DNA from: Mobula hypostoma
Lineage: Eukaryota
Reading direction: 5' to 3'
Assembly: GCF_963921235.1 (NCBI RefSeq)
Contig: NC_086097.1
Location: 160,334,001-160,398,000 of the forward strand
DNA length: 64,000 nucleotides
Made by a program: the position numbers and the translations under genes. Position 1 is the stretch's first letter; the number at the start of each line of letters is the position of its first letter. The notes below the pieces were generated by a model. That model searched no databases and was not told the origin of the DNA. It saw nothing but the letters and a program-made list of their open reading frames with translations. Positions 39,479 to 51,754 of this stretch are shown here, piece after piece.

Positions 39479-40152
39479 GGGAGGGGAGGAGAAGATGGCA
39501 ACGCGACGCAGCACGCACAGCCGCTCCGAATTGATATCGTATTTGTTAAATAGGGGCCGTGCACAATCCTGATTTGATGGAGATGGACATGAGAAGCACG
39601 GAGGAACATCTGGAGAAACTTCTGAAATGCTCGCTTCACTGCCGCTGCTACTATGCGATGGAGAATCTCCGGAGGGGAAGGCCCCAAATACTCCGCTTTG
39701 CCTATTGTCTGTTGCCGGGGCCGGGGTCCAAGCGCTCGGCAGAGATCGTGCTCGGTGCTCGGCGTCGGAGGGCTGGTCGGAGGCTCGAAGTTTTCGGACT
39801 GTGGTCGGGTGCTTCCAGGATGCTGCATCGGCAAGTTTGCGGTGCTGGAAGCTCATGGCAGGGAGAGTTTCTCCCTTCTACTGTCTGTGTGAGATGATGG
39901 GACCATTGAGAGACTTTGAGACTTTTTTTTTTTACTGTGCCCATGGTCTGTTTTTCATCAAATTACGGTGTTGCTTTGCACTGTTGTAACTATATGTTAT
40001 AATTATGTGGTTTTTGCCAGTTTTTTTTTAGTCTTGGTTTGTCTTGTGTTTCTGTGATATCATTCTGGAGGAACAAATTGTATCATTTAATGCATGCATT
40101 ACTAAATGACAATAAAAGAGGACTGCGTGTCCTCATAATCTAATCTAATCTA
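39479..40152 (+). mobile_element. ~675-bp non-coding retroposon, copy 2
   Basis: Same ends and body as 26080-26775. Inserted in the Gypsy RT YNR.IFGV.SAP motif at an A-run. Confidence 0.9.
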
Positions 40153-40304
40153 AAATAAACCTATTATAACAATAATGCCCATTTGTGAGCATTTATGGTG
40201 AAAAACACTTGGGACTCTTTTTCCATCTTTAGATAGGTCTCAGCTAAGTCCGCTTTGCTGAAGTGTATCCCTCAAGAAAGGTTTGTAAAAATATCCTCTA
40301 TCCT

Positions 40305-40590
40305 GGGCGGAGGATGAGAGGTGACCTGACAGAGATGTATAAGATGATGAGAGGCCTTTGATCATGTGGATAGTCAGAGGCTTTTTCCCAGGGCTGAAGT
40401 GGCTAACATGAGAGGGCACAGTTTTATGGTGCATGGAAGTAGGTACAGAGGAGATATCAGGGGTAAGTTTTTTATGCAGAGAGTGGTGAGTGCATGGAAT
40501 GGGCTGCTGGTGACGGTGGTGGAGGCGGATACAATAGGGTCTTTGTGGGCCAATGAGCCTGTATTGTGCTGTAGGCTTTCTATGTTTCTC
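40305..40590 (+). mobile_element. Short CR1 3' fragment nested in the Gypsy
   Basis: ORF 40366-40605: DSQRLFPR...RGHSF...QRVVSAWN. Confidence 0.85.
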
Positions 40591-41491
40591 CAAATTAGTT
40601 CTTAGTTGGAGATCTGCAGGCTTCAGTTTATTATCTTCGAAATGCTGATCAACTTCATTTTGTGGAATCACTGAAACAGCTGAGCCAGTTTCTAATTCCA
40701 TTTTAATTCATTTGCTTTCACTATGGGTAAGCCACATTGCTTGTCTCCTGGTAGTTTTCACATTGTAAATCTCAGGGCTACTCAGCCCTATGTTACTCTC
40801 ATCATTATCAGATCAGTACAGTTTTTGAAACTGCAATTGACTTTATATCTTTATCTCTTCCTTGTGCAGTCCACTTACTTTTGTCTGCCCAACATGCTCT
40901 AAGTATTGCATTTTCTGCAAATTTTGCCTTTAAACCTGCATAGCTCTAGTGTACGTGAGCCCCTGCCTCACCAGTAACACAATTTGTTCAATCAGGCAGG
41001 TTTCTGTTCAGACAATGCAATTTTGTTCACGCACACTTCCATTCCTGAGCAACTCGATTGCATTTCTGGCTGCTGTTTCCTTTGATACAGTGATTCCAAC
41101 TACTCATTTAAATGTGAGTTGTGCTTCAGTTAGGAGATGTTTTTGAACAATGTCTTATAAGATTCCAGAAACTAAGTGTGTGGAATATCTCTGTGCATCA
41201 TTAAGTCTATCACTGAACTCACTGTGGTCAGACAATTTCTTCAATTTAGCCGCATAAGCTGAAATGGACTCTGCTTTCTCTTGATACTGCTTATGAAACC
41301 TAAAGCATTCTGCAATCAACAATGGTTTCAATTCTACCTGCATAACATTCATGATATCAGAAAAGCTCATTTCAGCTGGTTTGGTTGGCACAGTCAAACT
41401 CCTAAGCAAACTGTATTCTTTTTCACCCATTGCATTCAGTAACACTGGCACTCACTTTTTCATTTGCTTCAAAATACTTCTCGATTCATTC

Positions 41492-41864
41492 AGGGTGGCA
41501 GGGTGGAGATAGGTCTCTATTAAAAGAGGCATATGATGCTCCTTTCATCCACTAGCCCGAAAGTCACCCTTGGGTGAGGTGTAGCATCTGCTTAGGCCCT
41601 GATCAGGGCCACGTGAAATCATTGGAGCGGGTGCTGTATGGTCGTATGAGCACCTGGAGCATATTATATGTCTTGGTTAAGCGACCATTGACATCAGGCA
41701 GACAATCTCTGAAGAATATTGACAAAGGCTGGGGTTACCTGTCTTGTAAAGACACTGTCCAGGGGAAGGCAATGGCAAACCACTTCTGTAGAAAGTTTGC
41801 CAAGAACCATCACAGTCATAGACCATGATTGCACACATCATTCAACATGGCAAGTAATGATGAT
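41492..41864 (+). mobile_element. RTE-related SINE/non-autonomous element nested in gag
   Basis: Contains GGAAGGCAATGGCAAACCACTTCTGTA (BovA/RTE-type motif) and ends TAATGATGAT. The gag text resumes on both sides. Confidence 0.6.
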
Positions 41865-44319
41865 CATCATACATAATCCAGTTATCAATTGTGCAAATAA
41901 ATGCATTTATCTTTCCGATAGAGCCAACCATTTCTGCTCCCTTTTTAATTTATTATTATTCTCACCCAGAACTCACCGTTTATGAAACTATGAATTCCAT
42001 CCATTTTCTGCCTTTTTTTTTAATTTGACCGTCTTTCTCTCCCCCTTCTGAAGAAAAAAGCATGCTGCATTTTTATTTTAACTCAAATGTCTCACTGCAC
42101 TTCAGCAGATAGGTAGCCATCTCAGGCTCATTTTAAAAATTACTCGCCACCCCTGTTATGTTTTGTAACCCCATAAGCTAATTGAAAGAAAAACATGGGA
42201 ACTCTGGGGATAAACACGTCTACTTCGTTTCACTTCAGTGATGTGATCACATATGGCATGGTGGTGTAATGACGAATACTAGTCAAGTACTTTTACACAT
42301 AACTTCTAATGAATTGTGTAAACAACAAAGAATGCTTAATCAAACAATAGATTTACAATATTACTCAAATATTAAATACACAACAATATCCTCATTCTCT
42401 AACCATATGGAAAGAGTTCAATAGTTTACTGATCCCCAATGATCTTACCTCATAGTGCCTAACAATTTGTCCAACCTTTGATCCCTGATTTCCCGACTGC
42501 TTCAAATTACTGTCAATATCCAGTCAATACAAATTCTGTCACTGTCCTACCATATCATTCTGTATACACTTTTAAAAAGACACGGAGCTATACGGTCCAA
42601 TTGTGGGAAACTGAAATCAATTGATAACTGGTTATGTAAAGAAACTGGTGTATCTGTTCTACAACTCTAATGTAACTATGGGAAAGACATGACTAACATT
42701 TTAGAGTCAGTGGTGTGATCGTGCCTGTGAGCGGCTGCCAGCCTGTACTGGGCAAGCTGACCTTCCTTCACAATCAAAGTGGGATCGTTTACTGAATCTT
42801 AATGCTGTCCCTGGGTGTTGTGCATCAGGAAGTGGAGGAATACTGCAGTACTGGTGTTGGATGACAGAATTTCCTCACCACAGCTTCTTTTAAAGTGGCC
42901 CAGAACCTTTCACCAGTAAATGGGCTCAACATAATGGAGTCAAAATGTAAAATTAGAGCTATCCTATCCCCAGGTTACATGTCTATGGCAGGACATTTGA
43001 AACTATACCAAAAATGAATTGGGTGGAGGTGAAGAAAGAGGGAAATGTTGCTCTTAGGGTCTTGTTGTCAGTATCAAATAGTTGAGCTCAAGGGCTGGTT
43101 TCTGTGCTGGACATTGGACAGAGCAGAACTTACAGGAAATTATTTGCTAGGATGGGACTGATGGAATTCCTCTGAAACTCACTATAGATGTGATTGGTCA
43201 CAGTGTATTCATCTTTGTCACATGAGTAATGGTTATGACAATTAAAGCTGGCATTCAATTCAGGTAACAATTAGATCAAATTAAGAGTAATGACAAAAGC
43301 TGGGACTGATTGCATTGAAGAACAATACTGATCCAAATTTTACTCCGGAAGTTCTTAAATCTGAAACATTGACTCTTTCCCTGTCTGCAATGCTGAGTAA
43401 TTCCAGCATTCTCTGTTTTTTTTAAATTTTAGATTTCCAGCATATGTAGTTCTTTTCCTGACCTTCCAGTAATCCCAAACTGTGAGGATGTTAAAAGCCA
43501 CCACTTCCAGGCTTCCTTCCAAGCTGCACAACATTTTTGTTACTAAGTCATGAAGACCTTTTCTGAAATATTGGCCCTATGGTAATGTACATGATACATC
43601 AGCAAATTTGCACACAAGAATCAGAGACCACTCCTATACTTCTACCTCACCTGTGGACCTGCTTCTGGGTTACCTGAAAAGAACTCCGTGCATGTCCCAT
43701 TCTGGTGGTAGAACTCCTTTGCAGTTAAGTGCATAAAGGTCTCCACATGTACTTAACTGCTATCCATCAAGGTTCCTTATCTCTCCACTTCATGGTATGA
43801 ACCCACATCCACCCCCAACACCCTTTCAACGGTAGTTTGAAGCAATGCACAACCGCTCACCATTCCCCCAATTCACCTGATCTTCTGACCCATTCAACAC
43901 TTGATCCTAACCCATTCGAATCACTGGTAGTCTAACCCCATATCCATACAACAATCACAACATCTTTCTTTAAAATATAATCCTGGATTCTTTGCAAGCC
44001 CGTAGGGGACAGATAAATATTAAGATTTTCTGCCTACCAGAGACTTGATCAGGATCCTTGCTAATTTCCCTCATCTACTTTAGGTCAGGGGATAATGTTG
44101 TGGGCCTCAGACCCTTTTGTCACTTCTGTGGGTAACAAAACATGTTCAGATCTTCTTTGAAAAGCTTAAACTTGCAGATGCTTTTATTTTCTATAGATAA
44201 AGGAACAGTCATCACTTCCTGTATTTTCTGAGAAGGTTAATATGTTACATTAATTTAGCAATATCTGCTTTTAGTTCAACTTTCTTTTTATCTTGGATGC
44301 TTTTTAAAGATGGGTCATA

Positions 44320-45000
44320 GACTATAATAGAATAATACAGCATGTGAACAAACCCTTCAGTCCAACTCATCCATTCCAGCCAAGGTGGCTAGTCAGCTAG
44401 TCCTGATTGCCTATATCCCTCTAAACATTTTCTATCCATGTACCTGCCCAAATGTCTTGCAAATGGTACATTTGTACCCATCTCTACCACTTCCTTTATC
44501 TTCATTGCTTATACCCACCACCCTCTGTGTGAAAGAGATCCCTTTTAAATCTTTTCCTCTCGCCTTATATCTATGCCATTTAGCTTTTGATTACATCTCC
44601 CTGGGAAAAAAAACTATGAATTCAAGCTGTATACTCCTTACGATTTTATACATCTTAAGAAGGTCAGCCCTCAGCCTCGTATACCAGAGGAAAAAGACCA
44701 ATATTTCTAGCTTTCCCTTATAATTCTGGCTCTACAGGCCCACCAACACCCTTATGGATCTTTGGTGCCGCCTTTCGAGGTAAGTACCCTCTTGCTGGGT
44801 GATTGGAACTGCACCTCAGGAGTGGTCACAACCCAATGTCTTGTACTCTCAACTCCTGCGCTCCATGATCTGACCAATAAAGGGAGCACGCCGATCATCT
44901 CCTGCATGATTCTGCCTATCCGTATCAACACTTTCAGGAAACTATGTACTTCTGCCCCTAGATCCTCTGCAGTCACGTTGGTCAAGGCACAAATAACTAG
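44320..45000 (-). mobile_element. Old CR1 3' fragment
   Basis: Minus ORF 44752-44985 (EDLGAEVHSFLKV...); reverse CR1 3' UTR at ~44320-44420. Confidence 0.75.
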
Positions 45001-46559
45001 AAACTATGTTTTCTCATTCTTGCCCTGTTAATGGGTTGGGTTTTTTGTATATACATTGGATGCCTAGTGCTGGAATCTCTGGAGATTGTGCAAAAAATAA
45101 TACCCCTATAATATATAAAATGGGGAGTGGGAATGCACATGAAGTATTTTACATGAGAAACTGAGGCATGTTATGGCTTCAAATTCTCCATGTGTGGCTT
45201 CTAGTAGTAGCTGACATTTAAACTAACAAATTAAGATAACACAATAACACTGCTAAGTACTTGCACCAATTTCAAATGCGGGTAACTCAACTAAATTTGA
45301 AATCCTCATTGATCCTGCAGTTAAGCATCATCAGCGCTCATTTTATATAACATAATCTTATCTCTGCAATGTGCCGCTTGCTGTATCTGAATACAGCAAA
45401 GATATAAGAAAGAAATCACTTGCATTAATCTTGAAACTGAATAGATTTCCTTCTAAAAGCTCTCTCCATGTTTAACTTAGAGATGTTACAGGCTAACAAA
45501 AAAAAATAAAGAGGTTAGTTCCAGGAAAGAAATAAAAAATGTCAAAATACTGTAGATTCCAGTGCCCCTGTAAGAGCTCTCTCTTAGATCTGGGAGGGTG
45601 GGAAGGGGCAAAGCAAAGCTGTGGGAAAGATGGAACTCTGTGCAGCTACAATGGGCAGGGATGCTCAGCCCAGATAAAAGGGAGGCAACTTGGTGCCAAT
45701 TCCAAAGGTGGTGTTTTCAAAGAATGTTGAACTCATTCATTCTTGGGCTGCAGAGTTCACAAATGAAGAAAGGCTGAACCTCTAACCCTCAGAAGTTTAG
45801 AACAATGAGAAGAGATTTCACTGAAAAATACAAGAGTCTTTGTGAAGACTGCAGGTGCTGGAATCTGAATCAAAAACAAGCTGCTGGAGGAAGCCAGATG
45901 AAGGATCTCAACCCAAATTATTGACTGTCCATTTCCCTCCATAGATGCTCTCTGATTCTCTGAGCCCTTTTTACAGCTTTTATTTTTCTTTCTCTCTCTC
46001 TCTCTCTCTCTCACTGTTTAGTACTAATCACGGTGTCCTAGTTTAAGAGAATGTTATGTCTCACGGTGTTGCTCAGCTGAGCTACCAATGTTCTTTTATA
46101 AATCTTACGAATAAATTCAGGTTGCAGCATCTATATTTCTAGGCTGTCCTTCTGCTGCATTTGATTTCTGACGTTGCCAGCGCACATTGTGGCACTTTTC
46201 CTGGTAGGAGTTCCAGAATAATGGGACAAAGTTTCAGAACAAAATGAGGAACTCTTACTCTCAGAGGGTTGTGAGTTGTTGCAATTCTCCTCCTCAGAGA
46301 AGATTATTCAATTACCCCGGTGCTAAAGAAAAGGTTGGAGATTGCAAAAGCTGGGGGGGGGGTGTTGATTAGCATTTATTGGCAGGTACAGATGTTGCGG
46401 CAGGGATTTCTGGGGGTGCTGGTGTGAAATTGACAGATGGAAAGCTGAATCAATAATTAAGTCAATAGTAAGTATTGGTTGTAGAGTAAGGGTCCATGGG
46501 AATTGGTAATCAGGAGAGAGGATGGTAGTCATTGGAGGCATGGACAGTAGACTGCGGTA

Positions 46560-47315
46560 AAGACAGAATATAATATTAATGGTAAGACTCTTGGCAGTGT
46601 GGAGGATCAGAGGGATCTTGGGGTCTGTGTCCATAGGACACTCAAAGCTGCTGTGCAGGTTGGCAGTGTTGTTAAGAAGGAGTTTGGTGCGTTGGCATTC
46701 ATAAACTGTGGGATTGAGTTCAAGAGCCATAAGGTAATGTTCCAGTTATATAAGATCTTGGTCAGACCCCAATTGGAGTACCATGTTCAGTTCTGGTCAC
46801 CTCAATACAGGAAGGATGTGGATACTATAGAAAGAATATAAAGGAGATTGACAAGGATGTTGCCTGGATTGGAGAGCATGCCTTATGAGAATGGGTTGAG
46901 TGAACTTGGCCTTTTCTCCTTGGAGTGACGGAGAATGAGAGGTGACCCCATAGAAATGTATAAGATGATGAGAGGCATTGATCGTGTGGATAGCCAGAGG
47001 CTTTTTCCCAGGTGTGAAATGGCTAACACAAAGGGGCACAGTTTTAAGATGTTTGGAAATAGGTACTGAGGGGATGTCAGAGGTAAGTTTTTCCACACAG
47101 GGAGTGGTGAGTGCATGGAATGCACCGCCAGCAATGGTGGTGGAGGTGGATACAATAGGGTCTTTTAAGAGACTTATGTAGGTACATGGAGCTTGGAAAA
47201 ATAGAGGGCTATGCGGTAGGGTATTTCTGGGCACATTCTAGAGTAGGTTACATGGTCAGCACAACATTGTAGGTCAAAGGGTGTATAATGTGCTGTAGAT
47301 TTCTATGTTCTATGT
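46560..47315 (+). mobile_element. CR1 3' fragment
   Basis: ORF 46599-46841 (EDQRDLGVCVHRTLK...LVRPQLEY..QFWSP); (TTCTATG)n tail. Confidence 0.92.
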
Positions 47316-47734
47316 ACGTATAGGCAAGGCTTGTGAGTCATATAGCACAGAAACAGATCTTTTGACCCAACCTGCCCACATCAACCAAGTTGCCTAGCTT
47401 AGCTTTTGCCTAAATTTGACCCATCTCTCTCTAACCTTTTTCTACCTCATGTACCTCACAAAATGTCTTTTAAACATTGTAATTGTACCACCTCCCTCTC
47501 CTCATGTAACAGTTCACTCCATATACCCACCACGGTCTGAGTGAAAAGGTTTCCCCTTAGGTCTCTTTTTAATCCTTCCCTTCTCACCTTAAAAGCCTGA
47601 GGATCTGGATTACATGGAGGTGGTGCATGAGAAGTCCAACAGAGAGCTGGGTTATTAGTTGAAGGGCACTATATGAAGTGAGCTCCCATTGCTCAGAGCC
47701 TCCACACATTGTGAAGAGTGCACTTGCTGCACAG

Positions 47735-48505
47735 TCATCAATTGAAATGCTGGGCCCACATGACTAAGGATAAGCTATCTCGTTTTCATTCAGATATATC
47801 TCCCTATTGTGATAGATGTAACAACGGAGAAGCTTCACTAATTCATATGTTTTGGACATGTCCGAGTCTTGAAAAATACTGGAAGGAAGTATTTCAAACT
47901 TACTCTGTACTTTTCAAAGTAAATTTTAAGCCTGACCCTTTGACTGCCTTATCCAGTATTGTTGGAGGAAAAGATATTATTCTGGAGACACCTGATTTGC
48001 ACATTTTGGCTTTTATTTCTCTTATAGCTAGGAGGGCGCTCTTGCTTAAATGGAAGGATGTCGTTCCGACTACTCACGCTCAATGGTTACGTGATGTTAT
48101 GTCATGTTTAAATTTAGAGATTTCTTGTTCAATTTCGGAACCTAACCAAGACTTTTGAACATTGTGGGGACCATTATTGAACTATTTTCAAAACCTTTGA
48201 TTTGCTGTTAAAGTACAGATGTTGGCTAATAACATATTTCACGATAAGGATTTTTTTTCCTTTTTTCTTTCTTTACCAAACAGCAATCTTGGTGGTGGGT
48301 TTAGATTCTGTTTTTTGTATAATAAAATTATCACATTCCAGTATTACGATTTAATTTAATTTACATGAATTTAGCATAATGAGATTGCAAATGTGACTCA
48401 AATATAATGTAATTGGTATTATTTTATCTTTTTTTTGACATATATCTTTGTGTACTCTGTATTCTTCTATGTAGAAATTAATAAAAATATTGAAAAAGTA
48501 AATAA
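47735..48505 (+). mobile_element. L1-clade LINE 3' end (cysteine-rich C-terminal domain and 3' UTR)
   Basis: CDRC....ASLIHMFWTCPSL..YW...ARRALLLKWK...AQWL; AATAAA and A-rich end at ~48480-48505. Confidence 0.88.
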
Positions 48506-50196
48506 ATGGAATTGCCAGGTATGATTTGTGATGCAATTGAAAGCCACCAGCGCAAGGCTTTAGTCTGCTGTATGGACTTGTAGATAACTGAGGTAAAATA
48601 GTGGAATTTTGGAACTGTAGTCCAAATCCCCAATTTTCCCATGTGTTTTATCGGCCATTGAGATCACCTAGTACTCAGAAGCCCTTTGTCATTCAATCCA
48701 GTTTCAAGACAATAGTGCTCTGTCATTTCACCAAGAGCACAGCTTGAATGCTGGAATGAAGCACAGCTACTTTAGTCTCTTTATAATTATCAAACTACTC
48801 ACTGCCCTCTCCACATGGACAAAGTAAATTGACCTTCTGATATTTCACCAGAATTTGTGACAGTTTTCTTGCTATTTTACTGACAGGTTGCTGTAGCTCT
48901 TGCACTATGGGTTTGCTTTCAGTCTTGCAACTGAGGCTGTGAGGTAACAGACCAATGTTATTGACCACACTTTTGGAAACTGCTTCTAGAGTGGGAAAGT
49001 GGTGTTACCCACACCTCTGTGGTGGCACTTCCACCACTGGATCAGAAATATATGAGTTAATCTCACTTTCGAGACTCAAACACTGGTTATTCTGTAGCTT
49101 GAAATGTCATTACAGCCTGGTGTATATGATAATAAACTAATCTAAATCTGACTTCAGTGTAACACTGAGGGAGAGAGACATTGCCAAAGGTCTTCATGTT
49201 TTAAACTGAGGCCCTGTCGGCCTTCTTAGATAGATTTACAACTTGCCGGTGCTGATTGAAGAGGATAATTGGTGGAATATTCTGACCAACACTTTTCCCT
49301 CATTTCATATCACCTTTTTTTTTCTCAGAAAGCAGTTTGTGAAATTGCAGTTGTAAATTTACTTCAAGAGGTACTTAATTGGGAGGCCTGAGGTACTAAA
49401 AGAGATTTCATAGATCTAGGTTTGCTTCAGCAGCACACTTTGTATTCTGTTCAGGAGATGGAAAGGGATCGAAGTGAAGAGGAGTGTTTTGTCTCAGGGT
49501 TATTGTCCTTGCTTTCCATGAGCTGGGATTGATGGAATCTCAGGAATGATTGACTGCTCCATTTCCCCATTAATGACAGCACATGTAATAGGGAAACGAG
49601 GATCCTGCAGAGAAGAGAACTGGACTCAGATACAGGAAGGGTAAGTTTACCTCAGGAGAAGGATGGTAAACAAGAAGCAGTCTCTGCTGGCAGCTGCTAT
49701 ACATCACAATCATGTGTTAGTAGACATTACTCTGTCTAATAGCTTCTGCAAGGAGGTAGGTTGTTGAAAATAAATGTTTAAAAATCAGGAAGTGTTTATA
49801 ACTTCAAGTTAGATGCTTTCAAGAAAGAATGAAGGATGTCTCTGCTGCTCTCAACAAACAACAGTTTCTGCAACAATTTATATTACTATAGTACTGTAAC
49901 ATTTCTCAAGTCTTTTATCAAACACAGTATGACACAAAGGAGATTATTCAGACAGGTGCCCAGAACTTGATCAATGAGTTAGAGTCTGTTAGTGGAGAGG
50001 AATCCAGAGTAGGGTAGGGGAAGAAAGGGTATGTTGTGACTGGTGTAGCAATGAAAGTGATGATTGTGTAAGGCAGGATTGGAAGGGAGATGTAAACTTT
50101 GACATTGAAGTGAAAAGCAAAGTGCAAAGCACCTGCTGGAAATCTGAAATGAAGACAAAGGCTGCTGGAAATAATGAGCATGCCAAACCTCCTCTG

Positions 50197-50420
50197 TGGC
50201 AGCACAGCGGTGCAGCTGTTGGAGCTTCTACCTTACAACTCTGGTGATATGCATTCAATCCTGACCTCTGTTGCTGCCTACATACAGATGCCCACATTCT
50301 TCCTATCTACTTCTATAGCTCCAGTTTCCTCCAACATACCAAAGATGTGCAGGGTCATAGGCTAACTACAAGTGTAAATGACCCCTTGTGTGTACATGAG
50401 TAGTAGGATCAAGGGATGGA
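50197..50420 (+). mobile_element. tRNA-derived V-SINE-like element, degenerate
   Basis: GGCAGCACAGCGGTGCAGCTG head, TTCAATCCTGACCTC B-box-like motif, V-domain-like core. Confidence 0.65.
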
Positions 50421-50724
50421 ACTGGGTTTAGATTTAGATTTATTAAACATGCAGTAAAATGCATTGTTTGCATTAACAACCAATACAACCTGACTATATG
50501 CTGGGTCAGCCCACAAGTGTTGCCATACATTGCAGCTGCAACACAATATACCCACAACGCTCAGCAGAACATGCACCCAACCTACAAGAAGCAACAACAA
50601 CAAATCAAACCCTGTCCCACTCCCTCACATGTAGTCTATTTCAGTAATATATGAGTAATATTGTGAATATATTGTTTGATTAAGCATTCTTTGTGTGTTT
50701 ACATGATTCATTACAAGTTATATG

Positions 50725-51585
50725 TGTTACGTACCCCGTAACTGGGTTGCCAAACCAGCAGAAATGGATCACTCAGTTGGAGTCTGGAGTACTAGAACTA
50801 AGAAAGTTTTATTAAAGAAACAAGCAACACAGTAATCGAAAGGATAATAAATGCAACAGTTCAGTGATGATAAACACACATGTGCACAGCATTAAGATAA
50901 CAGCATCAATCAAGCTCTATCGTTGTCTAGGGGTAAATGACCAATTTCAAAATGACTCAAAGTTCAGTCCAGTTAGTAGTTCAGTTCGCAGTAATCGTTG
51001 CCATGGCGGTGGACAACGTGGGGGAAGAGAGACATAGAATAGGAACAACTGATCATTCAGAACACGGCTTCACTCACAGACCAGCGGGATGGCTCACAAA
51101 CAGCTTTTGGGCGGGTCCTTGGTGATGTCACCTGAGGTCACCGACTGTGACCCCTCCTCCAGATGCGGTCGATCCTCTGCAGTGAACCCGGCACCCAGGC
51201 AAGGGCGGACACACACCGGGTTCCCGCTGATCGTACCTTTCCACCCTTGTCGTTGTCTGGCACTTCTCACCCACTCGTGAGAGGCGCACCGCTTCCAGGG
51301 TCTTGTTACCTCGGGTGGCATGTGTGTCTGTCTTAGCGAACCTGTCCCTTTTTATCCCCCTGCTGGGGTATCGCCTGTCCATCACTTCAAACAGTTCAGG
51401 GTTCAAAGGGGGGAGCCGCTCCAGACAGCTCTCTCTCCCACATCCCTTCATTACACATCTCCAGACGCTGCTCCATTGTTCCTTATCTCTCCTTCCCCTG
51501 AGGGCAGGTGGCAGACCAACTGCTGATGCCACTGATGCTAGCCCAGGCCAGCAAACATCTTAATTTTATGTGTATTCTCGTAACA
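50725..51585 (-). repeat. 3' LTR
   Basis: Direct repeat of 54773-55633; differences seen at 51086/55134 and 51320/55368. AATAAA on the minus strand at 50808-50813. Confidence 0.98.
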
Positions 51586-51599
51586 CTTCCCCCCTTTAA
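51586..51599 (-). promoter_or_regulatory. Polypurine tract
   Basis: Minus strand TTAAAGGGGGGAAG directly abuts the 3' LTR. Confidence 0.9.
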
Positions 51600-51754
51600 G
51601 GATTTTTACCGGGAGGTAAAAATTACAAACATGACTACATTATTTGATACATACACAATGTACATCTTTATCAGCTATTTGGCTAATACAGAGAATTTGA
51701 AGCTGTCAACACCTTGACAGACAGTCATCACATTTTCTGTTCCTTTTACACGTG

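Larger units (their letters stand above)
37905..42385 (-). mobile_element. Degenerate Gypsy (Mag/K02A2.6-like) element, 5' LTR 42154-42385, truncated in integrase
   Basis: gag 41155-41451 (YSLLRSLT.PTKPAE...IAECFRFHK), protease ELETGSAVSVI (~40700), RT, RNase H 38593-38802 (PIAFAS.SLT.AEKNYSQID), start of integrase (~37957). LTR is homologous to 50630-50724 plus 55634-55786. Confidence 0.9.

Noticed and set aside
50937..51563. Short ORFs repeated in all three LTR copies
   Set aside because: They recur only because the LTRs are near-identical, and their frames differ in the solo LTR.
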